64,000 nt of DNA from Burkholderiales bacterium (GTDB lineage Bacteria; Pseudomonadota; Gammaproteobacteria; Burkholderiales; JAEUOS01), in contig JANPGJ010000547.1 of assembly GCA_031423955.1 (NCBI GenBank), positions 5,449-69,448 on the forward strand, read 5' to 3'. A model generated the notes under the pieces. It ran no database searches and was not told the DNA's origin. It saw nothing but the letters and a program-made list of their open reading frames with translations. This document shows positions 56,701-64,000 of the stretch, piece by piece. Position numbers and translations under genes: made by a program. The stretch's first letter is position 1, and the number at the start of each line of letters is the position of its first letter.

Positions 56701-58973
56701 GTATCGTAGGTATAGGTCCAGGTACGCGCGGTACCCGTTGGCGGCGCTGCCAATCCCAGAGCGCCGGTGGCATCGGTAGTGGCCTGGATGGTCTTGGTGA
56801 GGACGTTGCCGCGATCGCCGGGGTTGCTTGCGGTAGGGGGGCCATACGTGTAAGTTGTGACCCGCAATGGTTCCGCCACCTTGGTCGGTTGCCGCCAATC
56901 CGCTGACCATTCGGTGCTGATCATTCGCGCAGGCGCAGCAAGCACAGGGGTTCCAGCAATCATCGACGCACAATCGGTCGATCCAGACAGGCCTTCGATT
57001 CGGCGCGTTTCTAGCTTGCGATTCAGGTCGTTCGCGTAACACGTCTTGTAGCCGTTCCAGTTAACTCGACTGGCGACATTGCCGCCGGAATCATAGGTTG
57101 TGGCGCTGTTGGCGCCACAACCCAGGCACGGCGCCGAAATACCGGTCAACCGCACCATTCCAAGCTGGACCGCAAACCCGAACGTGCGAGTCGTCGTTGT
57201 AGGCGCAGTCGAAGCCCCTTGGGTGTACGTTACGCTGGTTTGTCCTGCAGCAGGCGAGTCGTAAGCGAAGGCGATTTTGTCGACCCCTCCGGCATGCTCG
57301 GTTGACGTTGCGCGCCCTTGGCAATCGTACTTGTAGGTTGAGTACCGCTGCCCGTTCTCGTCGGTGATCCCGGTCAGGTGATTGACGAGATGCCAATTTG
57401 TCAGGCCATACGCGGATATACCGGGGCAGGCAGCGCCATTATTGATGTTGGCAACTTCGTTGTAGTGATAGATGCGGGATTGCCCATCTGGAAATGTCAC
57501 TCTGGTGAGATTCTCCGCGTCACAAAAGTACCTGGATGCGCCTGTGGTGCAGCCGCCGGAAGGCCCGTTATGTTCGTATGTGAAAACACCTGCGGCCGCA
57601 TCAGCGATCTTTATCACACGAAACGCGGCGTCATACTGCAGATTTATCTGCCGACCAAACGGGTCAGACACGCACATCAACTGCGGACGGTTTGGCGGCA
57701 CAATAGCTTGACCTGTCGCATCCAATTGATGCGCCCAGGCGTTCGGACCCACACATTGAGGGGGTACATATTCGGGCGGATGCGGGACCCCGACCGTAGT
57801 GGGAGACGCGCTGGAGTAGTACATTTGCCCCGCGCCGTCTGAATAACCGAGGCGCGTCACCAACCCTTGACGATCGCTGATCTGCAGCAATGAGCCATAG
57901 AGATCGTAGAGCTCTACCGTCTCGCCATCTTCTGCAATGAGCTTCCACCCCTGGACCGTGTTGCCCGACACCACGCCAACCAACTTGTCGGCGATATCCG
58001 AATCAGGTACCCACGGTCCGGCCAAGTTGCCCTGCGCGGCAATCGACAAGAAAAAACGAATGATCCTGCCGTCCGGCCTGCTCGCCGTCATCGTGCTGCT
58101 ACCCTGAAATTGATCCAAATCGATTCGTCTCTCAAAATCGAACACCCATTTGGACCTGCGGATGGAAGGCGCGCTCGAGTTGTAGGTTCGTCGAATCGCC
58201 AGTCCTGTTGCGTTCACCGGAGCGGCATCGGTTTCGATTTGGTACTTGTTTCCGGTACCTGAGTTGACCGGATTGCCCTGCCCTTGGCATGGAGCGCCTG
58301 GTGGGCAGGGACCACCATTCTTGCCAGGATCTGGCACGTTCGAAGCGCAGAAAAAATTCCCGTTCACGTCGAATGAGGGGTACGTTCCCTGGTCGCAACG
58401 CCGAGCGGTAATTCCGATCAAGCCCGAGGAAAAACCATCCCAAGTTGATGCGGGATCATGGCTAATTCTGCATTGCGTGGCGTTTTCGTATATCGGGTAG
58501 TACGTCGCGACCCCCGAACTGCTCAATATTCCTCTGCCACCAGTTGGATACAACTGCCAAAACCCGCTAGTGCAAGCGGTCGAGGGCGAGCCGTAGATGT
58601 AAGGCCAGCCAAATTTATCCGGATAACCCCCAGGCGCGAAACTGAATATGTCGTAGCCCACGACGTAGGCTGGGGCATTTGCAGAAAACGCTGAACCAAA
58701 CACCACGCACAGGAATGCGCAGTAGCGGATGCCTCGCAGACGAATCTGGCGATTCGATTGGATGAATACCCGCTCAACAATCAGCCTCAATAGCGATAGG
58801 AACGTGGGTCGGCTACGATCGGCAGGGGAACGCCTTTCGGTCGCCGTTGAACCGCCAACCCCTCTTCCCATTTGAAAGAAGTTCGACGAAGTTCTCAGTC
58901 GCACGCTTTCTGACATAACGGCCTCAAGGCAAAGCGCACGCCGCTGGCGTTGGAGCAAACCCGCGTCGAACAC
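53694..58973 (-). CDS. RHS/YD-repeat polymorphic toxin (1759 aa from GTG; real start uncertain)
   Basis: Dozens of YD repeats (YxYDxxGR/N). Entry motif [17 protein letters not shown]. Core end [33 protein letters not shown], followed by a 123-aa tail. Signal-like segment [19 protein letters not shown]. Confidence 0.9.
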   Translation of the reverse strand: [1759 protein letters not shown]

Positions 58974-59226
58974 CCGTGACCCGGCTAAGTCCGTCGCGAA
59001 ATTGGCAACGGCAATATGCGTCGACGTCGCAATATCGCCATCAGTTCAATGCAGGGCACGCGTGATTCTTGTTAAGGGAAGATCACTCGATAATTTTTTT
59101 CTAAAATCCGCTGCCTGTCAATCGATATCTTGATTGGGACAAGTTTTCCGGATAAGCCACGGGCAACCCGACTTTGCTCCAGTGCCAAGACTACGCAGCA
59201 AGTATTGGCAGTAGAGATCAAGCGCG

Positions 59227-59313
59227 TGGTGCCCGGGGCCGGAATCGAACCGGCATGGCCTTGCGGCCGGCAGATTTTGAGTCTGCTGCATTTACCTATT
59301 TCGCCACCCGGGC
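59227..59313 (-). tRNA. tRNA-Leu (anticodon CAA)
   Basis: The reverse complement reads GCCCGGGTGGCGAAATAGGTAAATGCAGCAGACTCAAAATCTGC CGGCCGCAAGGCCATGCC GGTTCGATTCCGG CCCCGGGCACCA. It has a long variable arm and a 7-bp acceptor stem. Confidence 0.9.
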
Positions 59314-59437
59314 TGCAGGTTTTCGCCGCTGTCCCAGGGCGAAAACGAGGTCGAATGAAAGCGCGAAGCTTCAATGCTTAGCCGATGCCAAGCAACCCTT
59401 TAGTTTTCCCCGAACCGTCGCATCTTGGTAGATGCCA

Positions 59438-59564
59438 GATTTCAATTGGCCTCCAAACGGTGCGCGCTGACCAAGGTTGACCATTTGTCGATCTCGCGCC
59501 GGATTGGCGCGGCAAACGCATTGAGGCCGGCGGGGTCTGTTTCGGTGCCGCTTTTTTCAACCCG
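59438..59564. repeat. 127-bp direct repeat, right copy (bug relic 3' end + first ~16 codons of a maoC-like gene)
   Basis: The minus strand reads MVNLGQRAPFGGQLKS..., versus MVDVGEIAWLGGQLKS in the intact maoC. Similarity stops at 59438. Confidence 0.75.
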
Positions 59565-59687
59565 TCCAAGTGTGTCGGCCAGGGCTGCAACCTCCGATGC
59601 TTGCGACAGGGCCGAAAAATGCAAGACAAGCTGAGCGCCCGATGCCGCCAATCCATGCCGGAGTGCAACACCGATGCGAAATTTCAT
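59442..59687 (-). pseudogene. Bug family receptor relic with large internal deletion
   Basis: The 81-aa ORF joins a Bug-like N-terminus (MKFRIG...) directly to a Bug C-terminus. That C-terminus is RVEKSGTETDPAGLNAFAAPIRREIDKWSTLV, versus RVEKSGTEIDPAGPDAFAAQVRRESDKWSTLV in the intact gene. Its start overlaps the CoA-transferase stop. Confidence 0.65.
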
Positions 59688-60910
59688 TCCGCTGTGTTTT
59701 GGTAAGACGATGCCAGCACGCCGTCCGCACGCAACTGCGCGATCTCTTCCTCGCTCATGCCCAGCATGTCAGTAAGAATGTCGGTGCCTTGCTCGCCGAT
59801 CCCCGGCCAATGCATGCGCGGATCGCCGGGTGCCGGTACGAGCGCACCCGGTATCGTGACCCACGGCACCGGGTTGAGGCCGTCCGGCGCCGCTTCCGCC
59901 ACGATCCCGGCTGCCCGCACCTGCGGATCATCAGGCCATGAGCGGAAATCGTGGATGCGGCTGGCGAGCACATCGGCCGCCTGAAAGATTGCCAGCCATT
60001 GCGTGGTGCTGCGGGTCAGTAGCGGGGCCTGGAGCAGCGGCAGCAGGGCTGCGAGATTGGCCGCGCGCTGCGCGAAATCGCTGAAGCGCGCATCCAGCGC
60101 GAGCGCCGGTACCCCGAGCGCGTTGCAGATGGTCGCGAAATGCGCTTCCTTGGTCAGCGTGATCGCGATCCAGCCGTCGGCGGTGCGATAGCTGCCGGCC
60201 GGCGCATTGAGTTTGGGTGCCGGGCCGCCTTCGAGCCGTTCTTCGATAAATTTCATCGCCATCAACGCGCCGGTCGCATGCATCAGCGAAACGTCGATAT
60301 GCCGCCCTTCATTCTCGAACGGCCGCGCGGCCAACGCCGCCGCCAGCGCCTGGAACGCATAGAGCGCGGTGGTGTAGTCGGCCGACAGAAAGCCGGTCGG
60401 TCGCGGCGTTCCGGCGCTGTCGCGATTGGCCATCATCATTCCGGAAAAGGCCTGCGCGACGGTGTCGGAGGCAGGCAGTTCGCGCGCCGGACCGGTCTGG
60501 CCGAAGCCACTGACCGACAGGTACAGCACTTTCGGGTTGCCGGCGCGCACCGCGCCATAGCCGACGCCCAGGCGGTCCATCACGCCGGGGCGGAAATTTT
60601 CGATCAGCACGTCGCAACAGGCGGCCATGCGCGCCAGCAGCGCGCGGCCGGTCGCCGGCTTCAGGTCGAGCGCGATCGACCGCTTGCCGCGGTTGGCGGT
60701 GAGATCGAGCGAGTTGTGCGAACCGATGCGCTTGCCCAGCGCGCGCCCCCAGTCGCCGGTGAACGGTTCGACCTTGGTGACGTCGGCGCCGTACTGGGCG
60801 AGCAGCATGGCGCAGTATGGGCCGGCGATGCCCTGGGATACGTCGAGCACGCGCAGGCCGGCATAGGGGCGCGCATAGGTCGGACTTGCCGCGTTGTGCA
60901 GGGTGGTCAC
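59684..60910 (-). CDS. CaiB/BaiF family (class III) CoA transferase
   Basis: GLRVLDVSQGIAGPYCAMLLAQYGADVTKVEP...ENFRPG matches the family. Confidence 0.85.
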   Translation of the reverse strand: MTTLHNAASPTYARPYAGLRVLDVSQGIAGPYCAMLLAQYGADVTKVEPFTGDWGRALGKRIGSHNSLDLTANRGKRSIALDLKPATGRALLARMAACCDVLIENFRPGVMDRLGVGYGAVRAGNPKVLYLSVSGFGQTGPARELPASDTVAQAFSGMMMANRDSAGTPRPTGFLSADYTTALYAFQALAAALAARPFENEGRHIDVSLMHATGALMAMKFIEERLEGGPAPKLNAPAGSYRTADGWIAITLTKEAHFATICNALGVPALALDARFSDFAQRAANLAALLPLLQAPLLTRSTTQWLAIFQAADVLASRIHDFRSWPDDPQVRAAGIVAEAAPDGLNPVPWVTIPGALVPAPGDPRMHWPGIGEQGTDILTDMLGMSEEEIAQLRADGVLASSYQNTAE

Positions 60911-61082
60911 GGGTCTGGCTCGAAAATGGGAAGAGCCAGTCTACCAACTGGCCATCACGCGCGCTGACGCGCTGCCGCACGGCAACGACCTTCGACAAAC
61001 GTGACGGCGCCTGCAAGTCGCGCGCCGCCGATTCCCGCGCGGCGCTAATATGCGCGTTCGCAACCCAACCGAGGGATTATCC

Positions 61083-61481
61083 ATGACCATACAAGCAATC
61101 AACCCTGCGGCCTTGTCCAAGCCGACCGGCTATTCCCACGTGACCATCGTGTCTGCCGGTCGTCAGGTGTACGTCGCCGGCCAGGTGGCCTTGAATGCAC
61201 AAGGTCAGTTGGTCGGCAAGGGCGACCTCGCCGCCCAGGCGGAGCAGGTCTATGCCAACCTGGCTGCGGCGCTGGGCGCGGCAGGCGCCAGGTTCGCCAA
61301 CGTCTTCAAGATGGTGACCTACGTGGTCGACCTGACGCCGGACAAGGCGGCAGCGGTGCGTGGCGTGCGCAATCGCAATTTCGGCGACGGCCCCTATCCG
61401 GCATCGACCATGGTGGGTGTGACCTCGCTGGTCAGCCCCGACATGCTGATCGAAGTCGAGGTCATTGCCACACTCGATTGA
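61083..61481 (+). CDS. RidA (YjgF/TdcF) family protein
   Basis: The ATG at 61083 is used. GYSHV...VYVAGQVA....G.LVG.GD..AQ..QVY.NL...L.AAG.....V.K...Y pattern. Confidence 0.85.
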   Translation: MTIQAINPAALSKPTGYSHVTIVSAGRQVYVAGQVALNAQGQLVGKGDLAAQAEQVYANLAAALGAAGARFANVFKMVTYVVDLTPDKAAAVRGVRNRNFGDGPYPASTMVGVTSLVSPDMLIEVEVIATLD

Positions 61482-61643
61482 TCAGGGCCGACGAGGCCAT
61501 TCGGGTCGCGGCCCGGGTCTCTTGCCCGGACCGGCTCGATGGCTCGGGCCGGGCGGCGCGAAAACCCGGAATCGTATGCGTGAACGGGCCGGATTGCTGA
61601 TCACGCGTGATGGGGCGAGGCCGCGGCCACTTACCGGGACGAC

Positions 61644-62603
61644 ATGAAATCGATCATCGCAATTCTGATCTGTACCCTGATGCTGGGCAGCGGGCAAGCA
61701 TCGGCCCAGGCCTACCCGAACAAGCCGATCCGCATGCTGGTGGGCTATGCCGCTGGTGGTGGCGCCGACGCACTGGCGCGCCTGACTGCGACTCACCTGG
61801 CCGAAGCGCTTGGCCAGCAGGTGCTGGTGGAAAACCGCGCCGGTGCCGGCGCTACGCTGGCCGCCGACGCGGTGGCCAAGGCGCCGGCCGATGGCTACAC
61901 CCTGTTGTTCGGCGAAACCGGTTTGCTGATCGCGCCGGCCGTGTATGCCTCGGTGCCGTTTGATCCGATCAAGAGCTTCGCGCCGGTAGGTTCGGTATGC
62001 GCGCTGCCGCTGGTGGTGGTGGCCAATCCATCGGTGCCGGCGAAGAACACCGCGGAATTGGTGGCCTTGCTCAAGGCCAACCCCGGCAAGTACAGCTATG
62101 CCTCACCCGGCGTGGGCACGGTGCATCACCTGGCGATGGAGTTGTTCCGGAAGCAGGGCGGTTTTGATGTCGTGCATGTGCCCTACAAGGGCGCGGCGCC
62201 GATCATTCCCGATCTGATCGGTGGCCAGATTCCACTGGCGATTTTGTCCGCGCCACCGGCGCTGGCGCAGGCCCGTGCCGGCAAGCTCAAGGCAATCGCG
62301 CTGACCAGCCCGGTCAAGCTTGCCGGCGCGCCGGACTGGCCGGCACTGGCCGATACCTTTCCGGGCTTCGACGCATCGCCGCGCTTGTTCGTTCTGGCCC
62401 CGGCCGGCACACCGCCGGCGATCATCGCGCGGCTCGACGCCGCGCTCAAGGCCATGCTGGCCAAACCAGTGGTGCAGGAGACACTGGTGGCGCAAGGGGC
62501 GACCGCCGTGTCGGCAAGCGCCGAGGAACTCGGCGCGTTCATGGCGGCAGAGGTGCGCAAATGGAGTGTGGTCGCGCGTGAATCGGGTGCGAAGGCCCAG
62601 TAA
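61644..62603 (+). CDS. Bug family tripartite tricarboxylate transporter substrate-binding protein
   Basis: The signal peptide is followed by AYPNKPIRMLVGYAAGGGAD. Confidence 0.85.
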   Translation: MKSIIAILICTLMLGSGQASAQAYPNKPIRMLVGYAAGGGADALARLTATHLAEALGQQVLVENRAGAGATLAADAVAKAPADGYTLLFGETGLLIAPAVYASVPFDPIKSFAPVGSVCALPLVVVANPSVPAKNTAELVALLKANPGKYSYASPGVGTVHHLAMELFRKQGGFDVVHVPYKGAAPIIPDLIGGQIPLAILSAPPALAQARAGKLKAIALTSPVKLAGAPDWPALADTFPGFDASPRLFVLAPAGTPPAIIARLDAALKAMLAKPVVQETLVAQGATAVSASAEELGAFMAAEVRKWSVVARESGAKAQ

Positions 62604-62665
62604 GCCTGGGCAGCGCGTCTGAAGCGCCGTGGCATCCGGGAAGGCGCCTGGCGCCCGCAGGCGGC

Positions 62666-63730
62666 CTACAGCCCGGCCATGCCCCTTTCAACAAAGCTCA
62701 AATCCCAGGCGTCGTCAAAGCGGAATCCGCCCGGCACGCCGGGCTGATTGAGCAGTTTCAGTTCCGCATCGAGAAATTCCACATTGCGCTGGAACTGCGG
62801 TCGGGTCGGCACCGGAGTCTTCATGTACATCGCGGCGTTGTTGGCGAAGGCGCGTTCGAACAGGTCGTCTTCGAGGTCCTTGAAATACTCGCGCGCCCAC
62901 TTGCGAAACGCGGCGCGGTCGCCGTGGATCGCCTTCAACGCCAGCGCGATGCCGCGGCAGTAGGCGATCAGTTCCTTCGGCTTTTCCTTGATCGTCTTCT
63001 CGGTCACCGAGGCTGTGATGTAGAGATAGTCGGCCAAGTCCGGTGGCGGGTTGTTGACCATGTTGAACAGATAGGTGCCGCCGAACTTCGACACCGCCAC
63101 ATCCGAGGTGGGGGAGGATAGGCAGAAGCCATCGATCTGACCACGATCGAACGCCGCAATCATCGCCGCCGGCCCGCCCTGGATCGGCACCAGTTGCGCC
63201 TCGCGGTCGGGGTTGATCTTGGCGATGTTCATCATGTAGCGGGTGAGCTGGTCGGGGCCGGCGCCGGGGCCGGTGGTGCCGATCTTCAGTCCCTTGAGTA
63301 CCGCTGCCTTGGCTGCGACCGGAGAGGCCTCGGTGACACCGGCCTTGTCGGCGAAGTTTTTCTTCACCACGATGTTCGAGGCGTACTTGTTGACAAAGCC
63401 GCAGATCATTTTCACCGGTTGCTTGCGCATCTGCACCCGCATGTTCTGCGTCGGAGCGCCGAGCAGGATGTCGGCGGCACCGGACAACAGCGCATCCTGG
63501 TTGACACCGCGATTGGTCGCCGCCAGCTCGACGGCAAGGCCGGCACGGTCGTACAGGCCGGTCTTGCTGGCATAGTCTTCCGGGCTCCACAGCCACGAGC
63601 GCGCGGTCGAACGGATCGAGGTCAGTTTCGGTTTCGCCGCGGCTTGCGCGAATGCGCGTGGCGCCGCGCCCAGCATGGCTGCGCTGGCGATTCCCTTGAG
63701 GATCAGGCGACGTTCAAGATCACGGTTCAT
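62666..63730 (-). CDS. ABC transporter substrate-binding protein (NMT1-like) with Tat leader
   Basis: MNRDLERRLILKGIASAAMLGAAPRAFAQ. The body resembles nitrate/sulfonate/taurine-class binding proteins. Confidence 0.7.
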   Translation of the reverse strand: MNRDLERRLILKGIASAAMLGAAPRAFAQAAAKPKLTSIRSTARSWLWSPEDYASKTGLYDRAGLAVELAATNRGVNQDALLSGAADILLGAPTQNMRVQMRKQPVKMICGFVNKYASNIVVKKNFADKAGVTEASPVAAKAAVLKGLKIGTTGPGAGPDQLTRYMMNIAKINPDREAQLVPIQGGPAAMIAAFDRGQIDGFCLSSPTSDVAVSKFGGTYLFNMVNNPPPDLADYLYITASVTEKTIKEKPKELIAYCRGIALALKAIHGDRAAFRKWAREYFKDLEDDLFERAFANNAAMYMKTPVPTRPQFQRNVEFLDAELKLLNQPGVPGGFRFDDAWDLSFVERGMAGL

Positions 63731-63813
63731 CGGTGGTTCTCCGCTTTATTGACACCGTGGCCCCGGGCAAGGGAAAACGGCTGGGGTGAATTGAAAGTGG
63801 TGGATCGATTGAA

Positions 63814-64000
63814 TCAGCAGCCCGCGGCCTGGCGCGCCGCACCGTTGCGCAACAGCCTGCCCGGGTATGCCTGGCCGGCGGGCCATGCCACGCCCGGCGC
63901 CGGCAACAGGGTGCCGTTGACCACAACCGCATCGATACCGCGCGGTTTCGAAATCAGCCGGTCGGCGCCGGCCGGCAAGTCATGCACCCGTTCCAGCGGC
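63814..64000 (-). CDS. C-terminal fragment of an amidohydrolase (N-acyl-D-amino-acid deacylase-like); continues beyond window
   Basis: A hand translation of the minus strand gives ...PLERVHDLPAGADRLISKPRGIDAVVVNGTLLPAPG...GRLLRNGAARQAAGC*, with the stop at 63814-63816. It is not in the ORF track because it has no start within the window. Confidence 0.45.
   Translation of the reverse strand, partial: PLERVHDLPAGADRLISKPRGIDAVVVNGTLLPAPGVAWPAGQAYPGRLLRNGAARQAAGC

Noticed and set aside
59072-59431. 100-aa minus-strand and 83/85-aa plus-strand ORFs.
   Set aside because: They overlap the tRNA-Leu gene and its flanks. These are shadow ORFs.

Overview
This is a GC-rich bacterial chromosome segment whose gene content looks like Burkholderiales (Betaproteobacteria). 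Evidence for that: four Bug/TctC-type periplasmic receptors plus one relic, a tkt-gap-pgk-pyk-fba-purC-purE-purK-tsaC backbone, and box (benzoyl-CoA epoxidase) genes. About 60 genes can be supported.

Most of the window is ordinary:
- Housekeeping: uppP, trmB, thiGS, rsmE, central carbon metabolism, purine synthesis, and two tRNAs.
- Transport and catabolism: a TRAP system, TauD and 2OG oxygenases, CoA-transferase/MaoC, and boxR-boxC-boxB with a benzoate-CoA ligase.

Three accessory patches stand out:
1. 52.75-59.44 kb is a visibly AT-richer island. It carries a 1759-aa Rhs/YD-repeat toxin with a Sec-like leader, an extra beta-sandwich module inserted in its shell, and an unassignable 123-aa C-terminal tail. 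The toxin overlaps a catalytically intact CPBP/Abi membrane protease gene. The island sits next to tRNA-Leu(CAA) and is bracketed by a duplicated bug-maoC junction. This is my best candidate for an undescribed toxin/immunity pairing.
2. 19.6-21.9 kb holds an IS91-family transposase relic beside an AbiEii/AbiEi-like pair in reversed gene order, with a palindromic operator.
3. 29.3-35.5 kb is a cluster led by a long (ECF42-like) ECF sigma factor. It contains YciI/DGPF, SRPBCC, VOC, RibD_C and DUF1428 genes. Three copies of a TGTCGA-N16-TCGACTA promoter-like motif and the relic of a second sigma gene lie within it.

Three genes carry single inactivating lesions: an amber stop in an acyl-CoA dehydrogenase, an ochre stop in DUF1428, and a 1-nt deletion in fba. 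These are either real pseudogenes or assembly errors.

All calls come from reading the sequence and the ORF track by eye. No database search was run, and family names are from motif recognition only.
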